Assembly (NCBI GenBank): GCA_951406725.2
Contig: OX597831.1
Coordinates: 68,944,001 to 69,008,000, forward strand
Direction of reading: 5' to 3'
Source: Octopus vulgaris
Taxonomy: Eukaryota
DNA length: 64,000 nucleotides
The position numbers and the translations under genes are program-made. The notes beneath the pieces are model-generated. The model searched no databases and was not told the DNA's origin. It saw nothing but the letters and a program-made list of their open reading frames with translations. Of this stretch, positions 47,531-59,895 are shown one piece after another. The stretch's first letter is position 1, and the number at the start of each line of letters is the position of its first letter.

Positions 47531-47821
47531 AATTTAAAATTTTTTTAAATGATTTACAAAGATTATGTTTTCATGAAACTTTAGAGCACTGATGAGAGTT
47601 ACCATAAATATCTAGTGTCTCACTTCTCTAACAGAAAACTGACTTTTATCATTATCAGTGCCAGTGGCTTTGGCAGCATTGGCAACAGCGTCAGCAGTGT
47701 CAGCAGCAGTGGCATTGTTGGTGTTGTCATTTAACATCCATGTTCCATGCTGACATGAGTTTGATGGATTGATAGAATTCAGTGGATCTAAGAACTGCCT
47801 CATGCTTCTGTAAGAATTAAC

Positions 47822-47987
47822 ACTTCCTTCTCTAAGCCTAGATTCGAAACCGAATCCAAGAATCCTCGGTCGCCCAAACCACGACAACCAACAAAGCAAA
47901 TCTTCTTTTCGCGCCTGTTGGTTGTCGTGGTTTGAGCAACCGAGGATTCTTGGATTCGGTTTCGAATCTAGGCTTAGAAAAGGAAGT
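47822..47987. repeat. 72-bp-arm inverted repeat (long hairpin)
   Basis: Arms 47822-47893 and 47916-47987 with 3 mismatches; 22-nt loop. Confidence 0.9.
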
Positions 47988-48685
47988 ATATGTACTCTAT
48001 TCAAGCAACTCGTAGCAGTTGCCTGCATTTTGTATGTAGTGACCAATCACTAAACTAACACTGTAAATAAATATCTTTTCAATCATAAATCGCTTTATGT
48101 ATTTGTTTACATACACACTTAACCACTACACTTCAATGTCTACTTTGGCATAGTTTTTGCAACTGGATACCTTTTTGAAATACTGGTTTCTTCACACCAT
48201 GTACTGAGGGCATTTTTGTGACACTGGCACTGGTTATGCTGCCATGCAGCTTGCAATACTAAGGTCACCTTTGGTTGAACTGGGCCATGCAAATTTTGTT
48301 CTCATGTAATAGTTCAAAGGAAATCAACAAACTGAAGCAGTTTCTCAATTTTCATGTCTATGCACCAACTAACTGAACACGTGTTGCTTATAATCCTATT
48401 TCTTTCCTTTTAGAGATAAGGAACTTAGCTTGAGATTCAGTATAATGCTATTGAAAGTGTATGAACTAGTAAGCAGGCAAAAGTTAGTTAAACAAAACTC
48501 CATCTCCATTTATATCCTCTCATATAAGTAATATCATTGGTTGATTAAATTGTCTATATTTATTTTACAAAGTTTGTTTTGAAAGTACATGATTTTGGGT
48601 TCAATCTGACTGTGTAACACGTTGGACAGTTACCTCCTTCCGTAGCCTCAGCTTGACCAAAATCTTGGAAACTATGTGGAATTCT

Positions 48686-48916
48686 TATTTCTTTACTACC
48701 CACAAGGGGCTAAACACAGAGAGAAAAAACAAGGACAGACAAACAAATTAAGTTGATTATATCGACCCCAGTGTGTAACTGGTACTTAATTTATCGACCC
48801 CGAAAGGATGAAAGGCAAAGTCGACCGCGGCGGAATTTGAACTCTGAACTTAGCGGCAGGCGAAATACCGCTAAGCATTTCGCCCGACGTGCTAACGATT
48901 CTGCCAGCTCACCGCC
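48686..48916 (-). mobile_element. SINE family B
   Basis: 15-bp TSD actat(g/a)tggaattct at 48671-48685 and 48917-48931. Confidence 0.9.
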
Positions 48917-49339
48917 ACTATATGGAATTCTGTAAGAGGGGCCATTCCTGTCCTTGGAAGGCTGAATTAATCCATTGCCTGGTTAAATGCCACCACCTTG
49001 TTTTTGTGTGTCTTTATAAAGCCCATTATGTCACATGCAGTTGGAACAGGTCTCCAGTTTGAGAATAAGTTCTTCCTATCAGTGTTGGAGGACACGGAAA
49101 ATGATTATGGTCATTGGCCTTTCTCCTCCAACAAAATTTTATGAATAAGTAATTTAAATTCCTTGATGCCCCACTATCAAGTTTAAAGAAAAAAACCTGC
49201 ATTTATTATTTTGTAAATAAAAATGTATTTATGAATTAAGCATATAAATATGTATTTTTCCTAGCATATTCATGCATTCTTAATACGTTTAGCAGATTTG
49301 AATATGAATATCTAATTGCTGCTGAGTTTTTTGTCTTTT

Positions 49340-49965
49340 TTGCAGTAGAGAACATTTCTTCCCTTTAGATGTTGTTTGTTCATAACACACTCAATTCACT
49401 GGTGTAAGGGTTTTTGAGACACTGTGGTATTCGAAACTTGTTGTGTGTCTCCTCATTTGAAGTTACTTTGCTGGACCTATGAATTTAACAAGAGCACAAG
49501 CTACTGCTTATAAGAATCAACAAGCAAAAGATTTGTTGATCCATGCAAAACAGTGAGAACCCAAACAATAATGTATTTTTCATCAATGGAGAAACCTCTG
49601 CTCTTTAGACAAAGTGTGTCAATAACACACGCATAGGACAAATCAGAGAGAATGTAGAATGTATAAAGAGTGAATAGATATCCTTATTGTATGGATTCTC
49701 ATCATTCTGCATGTACTGTATTAAATGTTATCTCTTTGTTAAACATCAGCACCCTTCAGCAAGTAAATTGTTTGCTGATCTCTATAAACAAGAGCTTCTG
49801 CTCTTATTACATTTATTAGTCCTGCACAATAGCTTTGACTGAGAAGACGCAGAATAAGGTCAAAATACCATAGTGTCTTGAAGTTCCTTTACACTGGTGA
49901 ACTGTGTGTATTATGAACCCCCATCGTTTAAAGACAGCAGTTTTCTCCATTGAGGAAAAACAGCA
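49340..49965. repeat. Old diverged inverted duplication with partial tandem redundancy
   Basis: 49379-49540 aligns, roughly 70-75% by eye, to the reverse complement of 49755-49918. 49577-49610 matches the reverse complement of 49927-49960. Confidence 0.55.
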
Positions 49966-50058
49966 GTAGTCAGATATGTTCAAGTTTGCCAGAATGTATT
50001 AAGAAGGAATAGATATATTGCTGTTGTGCATGCAGTTTATGAATTAAAATATACATTT

Positions 50059-50400
50059 TCGACCCTGTGCTTGAGGAGACCTATTGAGTCAAGTACACCA
50101 ACATCAAAAATCAATAGAAATTGTAGTTGTGATCCCTGTGCCGGTGGCACGTAATAAGCACCATCCGAACGTGGCCGATGCCAGTGCAACCCTGACTGGC
50201 TTCCGTGCTGGTGGCACGTAAAAAGCACCCACTACACTCACGGAGTGGTTGGCGTTAGGAAGGGCATCCAGCTGTAGAAACACTGCCAGATCAGACTGGA
50301 GCCTGGTGCAGCCTTCTGGCTTCCCAGATCCCCAGTCGAACCGTCCAACCCATGCTAGCATGGAGAACGGACGTTAAACGATGATGAGGATGACGATGAC
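50059..50400 (+). mobile_element. RTE 3' end (family C)
   Basis: Conserved 3' box and (GAT)n. Confidence 0.85.
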
Positions 50401-52093
50401 ATTGAATATTCATTAAAGTATTGTTAAAATAAGTTCTGACACTTGAATGATTACAATTTCTCCATTAGTTGTCAGAACCCTTAGATTTTTCTTGTGATTG
50501 TAATCCAAAAATTATTTCAAGTGAGCTAAATATGCATTTTGTTTCAAGTTGAATAATGCACGTGCAAGTTACTTATTTTATTAGTGTATTCAGTACTACA
50601 GGAAGCAGAAAATGAAAATGAAGCAATATTCTTTTATTATTGATGAGATTAGTCAGCTGTCAGAAATGTTAAAAGTGCTAACCTAAATATTATACTCTAT
50701 TTAGCTTTTATCTATCTTGGTTATCATTTACAATCTGTATGCTTTTCTCAGAAAAGCACTTACTCCTCAAAGTAACACACGACTGATTCTATGCCCACTC
50801 CAGCAAAATTCAACATTGCAACAAGTCAAAAAGATAATTGAAATGAAAGTAATACATTCTGAGTGACAATGATTCAGAGGGTTTATGCTTAGTACCAGAA
50901 CATTCCCTTTATGATCCTAATTCTAAAAGTTCACTTATTACCAAATCTTAAAAGGGATTTCAGAGTGCCACGGAGGTATTTGCAGAGTTTGCTGAATTAG
51001 ATCAGTATGATGTGATGCTAATCTTGGATGAAAAGACCAAGTGGGGTACTTAGCAACAGAAGTGCTGCCTGTTACTTACAGGTCAATGTAAGGATTAGAA
51101 AACTTGATTCAACGAGTTCACAATAGAAGAAATCAATGATGTTATTCTGTGATATTTGATTTATATAACCAATGAAGTGTGCATTCGTATAGTGGATTAG
51201 TGGTTTGAAGATTATGAACGATTTTTAGTTATTTCTGATCCTGCAGCTTTATACAGCAGCTATTCCTCTGATCACATCAAACTCACAGTGTATAACATGA
51301 AATCTGGATGGTTTTGATCAAGATGTGATGAGATGCTGGAAAAACGAATCATGCTTTTTCATAGTGTATGTTTGCATGTATATTTGAATTTAGTTTCCTT
51401 TATTAATCCCAACATTTCAAAGGCCATGTTTCATATAAAAGAATTTAGTATAACTTGTAACATGGTGGAACTATCAGTGACTAAACTAGCAACTCTACCA
51501 AACACTGGCTTGGTTAGAAGAGTGGTGATTTTTGTTGGACACTCTGCAGGACAGGAAACAAAGCCTGTTAAAGAATGGATGGACTCACTAGAACCAATAG
51601 CCATCCAAGTATATAAATCTTCCTTTGTTTGCTCTGAAGATAAATACTGGTGGTGGTAATCACCACAGAATAACCAGCTTCAATGAATGCAGACAGGTCT
51701 CTCAGAAGTTTTGGCTGACAACCTGTCAAGTGGTATGATGTAACTACTGGCTGGTGGTAACCTTAAAACACACATCTCATTTGCAAGAAAAATGTCTAAA
51801 ATGAAATGTAATCCTAACGATGCCCACGATTAGTTGATCAGTTCAGAACAAATTAAGATCAAGAAGTGAATAGAAAAGGTTGAACAAGGGGAAATTACAA
51901 TGGCAGTGCAAAAGGAACAGTAGGAGACTACAGTTCTAGAAGAAACACTCACTGAACAAGAAAATCAACAGAGCTTGGACATGGAAGGAGGAAATGTACC
52001 AGCTATACAGAACCTTAGTGTACCTCAAACTGGAGAATCACCAGAAGAAATTACCTCCACAACTAGCTAAAATATACAACAGAATTCATTGAA

Positions 52094-52270
52094 TCTATAT
52101 TTAAGAGACGAGGAATTATGTACATTATTTACATTATTTACATTTGACGGATATTTGTCCTTTTCTTGATTGTTATTAACACAACATTTTGGCTGATATA
52201 CCCTCCAGCCTTCATCAGGTGTCTTGAGAAAATTTCGAACCTGGATTCTCATTCCTAAGGTATTTTTTGA

Positions 52271-52307
<37 letters not shown>

Positions 52308-52481
52308 GTTATTATTATTACTATTTTTCAGGCCACTCCCTGGAATCGAACTTAGAATCTTCGGGCTAGTAGCCCGCGCTCTTAACCACTATGCTATGCC
52401 ATATGCCCGCGGACGTAGTGGTTAAGAGCACAGTCTACTAACTCCAAATTTTCCAAGTTTGATTCCAGGCAGTGACCTGAC

Positions 52482-52513
<32 letters not shown>

Positions 52514-52523
52514 TAAATAATGT
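52094..52523 (-). mobile_element. tRNA-headed, hammerhead-bearing element with an inverted 5' duplication
   Basis: 13-bp TSD agaattcattgaa at 52081-52093 and 52524-52536. Minus strand: tRNA-like head (gcatagtggttaagagc...agttcgattcc), then (AAT)n, then a hammerhead-like motif at 52178-52222. A second head lies on + at ~52413-52480. Confidence 0.8.
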
Positions 52524-52619
52524 AGAATTCATTGAAGTTATGTGATAGAGCAAAGCTAAGCTCAAAAGTCATGAAAGTGAAAGAAGTTGTTATGAAAATC
52601 TCATCATGTAGCAACACTG

Positions 52620-52682
52620 AATGGCGGTGCCCCAGCATGGCCACAGCTCGTGAGCTGAAACTAGATAAAATATAAAATATAT
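52620..52682 (+). mobile_element. Extremely truncated LINE tail
   Basis: Same sequence as 41105. Confidence 0.65.
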
Positions 52683-53679
52683 TGAAAAAATGTAAGAACA
52701 TCAGCAGGGTTAAATTTTTTTATGTATGTCACTGCCTACATCATCACAGGAAAGATGAAGAGGTTCAGAGATGAGAAAGAACAGAGAAGCAAAGAACTAT
52801 TCTGGAAAAGGAGAATAAAAGAAAACATTGACACCTGATGAAAGGGTTTAAGTACAATTGAGAAGGTAAGAAGAGGAAATATGAGTTTCGGTCAAAGTGA
52901 ATAGAACTACATGAATAAAAGAATACCACATGGAGGAAAATGGCACTTTGTCTGGGATATGTTGAAACAGAAAGTGGATGAATCAAAGGATACGAAGAAC
53001 AGTACCGACAGTTCAAACTGAGCCAACTATGAAAAACAAATCAGAAACTGTTCTACAATATTCTAAATGGAGGAAACAGGGAGGAAGCAGAGTTACCGGA
53101 TTCCACAGAAAGAATTTGGTTTCGAAGCAAGATCTGGCCAGAGGAAGTAAATACAAGTGGGTTACTTAGTGAGTGGTGTCATGGATGTTTTTTCATGGAC
53201 ATGGATACACATGGACATGCACACACACACACACACGATAAATTTCTGTACAGTTTTTATGAAATCCTATGCACAATCTGTTGAAGCAATCTAAAGTTAT
53301 ACTAGAAACCTCTCACCCTAAGTGCTGTATAGTGAAATCTCTATGCTTGCATCTATATTATGTTTCAATAATACTTGACTGTTCCAAACAAACCAAACTT
53401 TAACATCTTTGATTATTCTGTTTACAATGTTTAGAATATATGTGTGTGTGAATACATACAATATCCTGATATATATTGTATGTGTATTAGAATCTGTGTT
53501 TTTCTATGCTAATTATTGTGTTGCAAATGCTAAAATATTCAATATTCAATACATTATTTTATTGAATTTCAGTTTTTAATACTGCAGGCTTTTAAACATT
53601 CATTATCCCAGAAGACCTCTAAATTTTGTTTCATCTCTTATGAGACCACAACATTAATAGAAATACAAACCATTATACT

Positions 53680-53832
53680 ATACACACACACGCACACACA
53701 CTCATGCACACAGACACACACAAACATATATATTTCTCTCTCTTTCTCTCTCTATATATATATTTTATATATATATATATACATACATACATATCTATGT
53801 ATATATGTATGTATATATACATACATATCTAC

Positions 53833-53864
<32 letters not shown>

Positions 53865-53900
53865 ATGTATACACACACAGACATATATGTGTATATATAT

Positions 53901-53941
<41 letters not shown>

Positions 53942-54000
53942 CATATATATATATATGTACATATACATATACACACACACACACACTTATATATATGATA
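53680..54000 (+). repeat. Compound (CA)/(TA)/(TATG)n microsatellite
   Basis: Directly visible. Confidence 0.95.
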
Positions 54001-54199
54001 AAATAAGTTGTTTTGTCTATTGGGAAATACCAAATCTTTTTTGTTAACAATATCTCCATACATTACTGGAATATAATTCAGTTATCTATTTCCACAATAA
54101 CTGTTCTTCTTCTTTGTGGTTTTATCTTTTCTTGGAATGTCTCATTTTATTCAAGCTAAACATTTCAATTGAAATCCCTCACAACTTCTGATATAGCTT

Positions 54200-55470
54200 T
54201 ATACTTCTCATAATATAAAATTCTAATCATATCAACCAGCATGTGCATTTGAGGACATCTTCATATTACAGGCATTTCATGTATTGATTTCTTTGAAGAA
54301 CTTCTCCACTTGCCCCAGTAATGTTCTACTAACATGCACAAGGTGCACCGAGCAAACATTGTTGAGAAGACTGATGTCTCCCATGAATTCTTGAAGACCT
54401 GTAGAGTGAATATTTGGTCTGTTGAGCTACCCTTTCTCAAATACTTAGTGCAGACTTTACTGGAGAGCCCAGCAAAGAAGTTCCTCTATAATTAGGGCAC
54501 TCTCTCATTTCCCTTCTCATCACTCCAGGTTCCCATACTTTAGTGCCTTCCCAGAGGTACAAGTCAGCTAGAGAATACCTTCTCTATTTTAAGGCTTTTA
54601 ACATCTCAGGTTCAATTTCATTCTTTGCAGCAGCCTTACCATATTTCAGCCTTTAATATCCCTGTGGCTTCAGCTCGCTCTGGGAGGTTAGTTTTTGCCC
54701 CTAGATACACCACATATATATCCAATGATTTTATTCTGACTGGGTTAGGGATATAGCAAGGTATTCTCTCCTTATCCCAAGGATATTTTTATGCATAAAG
54801 AGAAGATTTCCAGTTAAGTTCTTAATGACAGCAGTGGAATATGGTAGTATTCACATGTGAAAGAAGGCAGGAGGCTGAGTTTGACGTTAAATTTGCAGCC
54901 GATGACACAGTAGTGCACCAACTTCAGCATTTGATTCTCAAAAGATTAGAGGTTGGTATAAAAGCCAAACTTTGCTACTTTGGATTCAGTTTTCATGCCT
55001 ATCCATACTTAAATGATGGGTAATTACTGAAACAGTGAAATTGGAAATGCAAGTCACCTAAATGAGATGTGTAGCTTAGAGATCAGATGGTCTCTGAAGT
55101 TTGAGGTACTACTTCTCCGTATTGTGATGTCATAGATATCTAGTACAATGGAAATGGGACTAGAATGTCACAGCTCTGATACTAATGATATGTAACTGGA
55201 ATGTTACAAGATAGATTCTTCAAGCTGAACCAAATGGCAGAAGACCAAGGGATAAACCAAGAATGCAATGATTGGATAATATCCATAGTCTGAATTGGTC
55301 ATGCATGAGAATCTAACCAGTAAGTGTAATAAGGGTTGCTTCTGATAGAACCCTATAGAGGAGGTGCTCAAGGACTCTATCTCCACAAACCTTCCAGGAA
55401 TGGTGGGCAGTGAAAAATGGATGGATGAATTTCTTTGAAGTTGGTAAATTCTAATGTTTATAGGACACAA
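54200..55470 (-). pseudogene. Decayed RTE-group LINE ORF2 (APE remnant plus RT N-terminus)
   Basis: LKYGKAAAKNEIEPEMLKAL, ECPNYRGTSLLGSP.K and GSSTDQIFTLQ..KNSWE. Confidence 0.75.
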
Positions 55471-55625
55471 GATAATTAAATTGAACTTTGAGTATTACTG
55501 GTATTTAATTTATTGAAGCAAAAAGAATGAAAGATGGAATGAATATGGACAAAAATTTACCTCAGAAACAGAGACTGACAGTTAAATTATTACTATACTC
55601 ATTGATTGGGACTATGGTTTGACAT

Positions 55626-55851
55626 CGAGCTGGCAGAAACGTTAGCATACCGGATGAAATGCTTAGTGGTATTTCATCTGCCATTACGTTGTGAGTTCAA
55701 ATTCTGCCAAGGTTGACTTTGCCTTTCAGCCTTTTGGTGTCGATAAATTAAGTACCAGTTACGCACTGGGGTCGATATAATCGACTTAATACCTATGTCT
55801 GTCCTTGTTTGTCCCCTTTATGTTTAGCCCTTTGTGGGTAATAAAGAAATA
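55626..55851 (+). mobile_element. SINE family B
   Basis: 10-bp TSD ggtttgacat at 55616-55625 and 55852-55861. Confidence 0.9.
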
Positions 55852-57544
55852 GGTTTGACATATTGTATTTATCCCAGTCTGTTTGACTGACAAAACTGAT
55901 TCCTTGATTGAGAAAAATGCAGATTTTCAGCCATATTAAAATAATGGGTAAGTGGCAAAGGCAACCTGAAAATACAGAAAAAAAAAGTTAGGGAAGTAAT
56001 TTTTTATCCTCAAATGCAGATAATGCTAATAATATAGCATGAACAGGATAAACTACCCATACTTTGCAGAAAAATGTGTTGGCGGCCAGCCATGAGACTC
56101 GAACTCACACCCCTGTGATTACATGTCGCAGTGTTTTACATTTAAACTAAACTGCCCCCCACCCCCAAGAAAATCAATATATCTGGCATTATTGGCATAA
56201 ACAAATATTTGTTAATTGTAAAATCTACAGTTATAATCTTATGAATTGAAATAAAGGATTTGTTTTTAATTTAGTATTCCAAATGTTCATGATACATAAA
56301 ATCTATCATTGCTTTGTTCAGTATTTCTATCCGTACAGTAAATTTCCAGGATAAAAGATATATAACAATATTTTGATTTAAATATCATTGAACATATTAA
56401 CAATAAGTTTCAACACAATCCTACCCCTAAATTAAACACTTTGTATTTGCTCCTTAGCAGTTCACTTAAATTAGATAAAAATTAATAAAAGAATATTTGT
56501 TCATCTTATGTTTCTGAAATGGCAAAGTTGAAATTTAAAACAAAAACAAAGAAAAACTCAATCTGTGTGTTAATTCTATCTTAGCTACTATAGGAATTTA
56601 TTTTTAACAAAAAGCATGTATTCTGATTTATGTAAATAATAAAGTTAACAAGGATTGTTTATTAAGTACCACTACAATTTAAGTTAATTAACAAATTGCT
56701 TATTTAGTTTGTTTATTGTAGTTTACTTGTTTATCTATTTTTACTTAAATCAAGCCTTAATTATCAATGCATTTGTAACTTTAGATGATATCTATTTTAA
56801 TCTCTGGAATTTATTAACTTCAACTGGAAATAAACAGAAAAGAGAAATTAATGAAAAGCTAAGACTGGATAACCGTATGAAAACAATGGAATTTATTGAA
56901 TGCTGGATTTGGGAAATCAATAGTGAATAATGGGAACATAATTACTATTAAATGTTGCAATTAAATTGCTAATAAAATCTAGAGGTAATTTTTCTTGAAA
57001 TTTAGTTTTATGTATTAATCGTTGAGAAGATTTCTCTAAAACACACATATGAGTGCAATATGAATAAAAATGTAGCCATTCTGAAGAGTCTCGAGAAAAG
57101 AGGTCTTCAAATAATTTATCGTAGAATCAAACATTATTTCTCATCATTGTTTAATTTAATTCCTCATTGAAAACTCACAAAGGTTACTGGATATTTTTTC
57201 CTATTGTTAAAAAAATTACAGCTTAGATATTTTTATAAACACCCATTTAGTAATTTGGAACAGCTGACAGCTTTTATTTGAAATTTATTTTTCATATTCC
57301 ACTTGTAAAATAAAAACTTGCTTTTCACAAATTCTATATAATAAAGAATCATTACTGATATAAGACAGGGTTTCTAGAAATAAAATTGAGTGCATCTGTA
57401 ATCATGAAGCTGCTATTTACTAAAGCAGAGTTGACTGGGTTTATCCCAAAGCACTAATTGTGAAACCCTTTTGCTCCAATATTAGTATGTATGAGAGACC
57501 ATAAACCAATTCAGTAAGATGTATTACTCATTATATAAATTATC

Positions 57545-57776
57545 AGGCGGCGAACTGGCAGAATCGTTAGCACGCCGGGCGAAATGCATAGCCGTATTTC
57601 GTCTGCCATTACGTTCTGCGTTCAAATTCCACCGAGGTCAACTTTGCCTTTCATCCTTTTGGGGTCAATAAATAAAGTACCAGTTACGCACTGGGGTCGA
57701 TGTAATTAACTTAATCCCTTTGTCTGTCTTTGTTTGTTCCCTCTATGTTTAGCCCCTTGTGGGCAATAAAGAAATA
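57545..57776 (+). mobile_element. SINE family B
   Basis: 13-bp TSD tatataaattatc at 57532-57544 and 57777-57789. Confidence 0.9.
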
Positions 57777-58846
57777 TATATAAATTATCTTAATAAGTAG
57801 CTAACATCATTGAGCTCATTGTTATTGCTTTTATTGTTATCAAATGAAATGTTAATGTCGATTTGATAGATAACAATACTAGAGTTGTTTCAACAATAGA
57901 AAAGAGCCAGAAATGTATTGTGTGGGCTTTATTTAAATTTAATTTTGGTTTAGTTTGGTTTTATTCTTGAAATCTTCTAATCCATAGAAAGAAAGGAGCA
58001 ATGTTATTTTACTGGAAAATATGATGTGGCAGTCATTGAGTCGTCAAAAACATAGATAATTATTACAAAAATACAAATGTGTAAATATTGAGAAAATCAT
58101 TATATATCACATTTTAAGTTACAGATCTAAGATAACAATCTTAACAATTATTCCAGAAGTATTTTACTGTTTATCAAAAACAACATTTATTGTTGATTCT
58201 TATCAATAAACTGGTGTCCATGTGGATTTCTCACTGCATAAAAATTATGCATAAGCAATGTACTTGATTAAATCCACCCAGTAGTCAATCACTATTTATA
58301 TTATCCTCAGAAGCCTAAAAGATAAAGTCATATACAGTATTGCAAGGCACTGTATCTTATGCTCTATTAATTTTGCCGTCCGCTGCTCTGAATGTCCAAT
58401 ATGTATTAAAAAGTAATATTCAGCTGTAATCATGAACTCATTCTTTCTTGTAGATTCTTATACGTTTCACTTAAAGACGTGAAAGACAAGGGATAATGAC
58501 AGGAAGAATACAGGAAGGAAGGATAGTTAAAAGCATTATTTCCTGACAATTTTATTCCACAATATTTCTCTCTTTCTCTCTTGATATATGAAGACCAATG
58601 TGTCTCATGAAATTATCATCAGATAGATAATATTATTCCTTAGTGCAATTTTCTCCTTGGCATAATCTTTAAAGCACTACAACATGATACTGTCCACTTA
58701 GGTCTTATTTAAATTCCTAGCTTGTCTCCTTTTTGCTGCTAAGTTGAAGAAATGACCTCGTATCTAAGATACTGGTTGATGTTAACTCAGTATATATATC
58801 CTAAGTCAATACCAACCAATCTCTCTCTCTCTCACACACACACAGA

Positions 58847-58894
<48 letters not shown>

Positions 58895-59699
58895 TATCTA
58901 AAACAACTTCAGCCAAGAAAAGGATGTGACAGAAGTCAGTTATCAAAATTTACAAAATAAATAAATAAATAAATAAATAAGCAGGTTAAAGGAAACAAAT
59001 TAGACAATATATGACTTTTTATCATATGTACTTCCACACATGAAAAAGATGTTCTACCACCACCACCACCAACAGCCGTTCAAGAATTTCGACCTGGAGA
59101 TCTCCATTTCCAGCGACTTCGAGGGCCACCTCCCAGTGGTGTCGGGCGTCAACGAAGAGCCCTCGACTACAACAAGACGACCAAAGTTTTTTTTTTTCCA
59201 AGGTCTGGGGTCTCCCGTCCCTAAGTCCTAGACCATCACCTAATCACCCTTACCTGTCTTGTTGCTTAACAACCACCACCACCACCACCACCACCACCAA
59301 AAACAACAACAACAACGATAATTCTTCTTCTTCTCCTTCTCCTCCTCCTCTTCCTCCTTCTTCTCCTTCACCTCCTCCTCCTCCTCTTTCTCATCCAGTC
59401 TTGCCCCTCAGTCTGTGTAAGACTCTTTAATTCAGTTGTACAATTTACATACTGCACTCCCTCTACCAATCAGTAAAAAAATACAAGACCTATCCACATA
59501 TAAGCAACAACAACTTACATTATACAATAATTGCCATTCAGTAATGTAATACAAGCCATGCAATAGATACAACCCAATCACTACTCAATACTAAAGCAGA
59601 TAACACAACTCTCACAACACATATGAAGCAATTCCTATGCAATATAGTGTCTTCCCTTGTACATAAGCTGCACAACTAACAACAGAAACAACTCTAGGA

Positions 59700-59895
59700 A
59701 CAGGTATGGCTGTGTGGTAAGAAGCTTGCTTCCCAACCACATGGTTCTGGGTTCAGTTCCACTACTTGGCATCTTGGGCAAGTATCTTCTACTATAGCCT
59801 TGGGCTGACCAAAGTCTTGTGAGCGGATTTGGTAGACAGAAGCTAAAAGTAACCTGTCCTCTGTGTGTATGTGTGTGTGTGTGTGTGTGTGTGCA
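59700..59895 (+). mobile_element. SINE family A 5' half, truncated at its (TG)n
   Basis: Family A head followed by (TG)n, then a family C element. Confidence 0.8.

Larger units (their letters stand above)
50790..53170 (+). pseudogene. Unidentified decayed coding sequence, interrupted by two insertions
   Basis: Long protein-like frames with sparse stops, e.g. FQSATEVFAEFAELDQYDVMLILDEK; DYERFLVISDPAALY...RRVVIFVGHSAGQE; an acidic/charged C-terminal stretch. Confidence 0.4.

Noticed and set aside
47583-47622. CTGATGAG motif with flanking gagcac/gtgtctc pairing
   Set aside because: No GAAA box or convincing stem II; at most a very decayed remnant.
54240-54780. Apparent CCHC knuckle and YIPNP motif suggesting LINE ORF1/gag
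   Set aside because: The same strand shows clear RTE RT motifs (KAA..EI.PEMLKAL, NYRG.SLL, DQIFTL), so the knuckle is coincidental.
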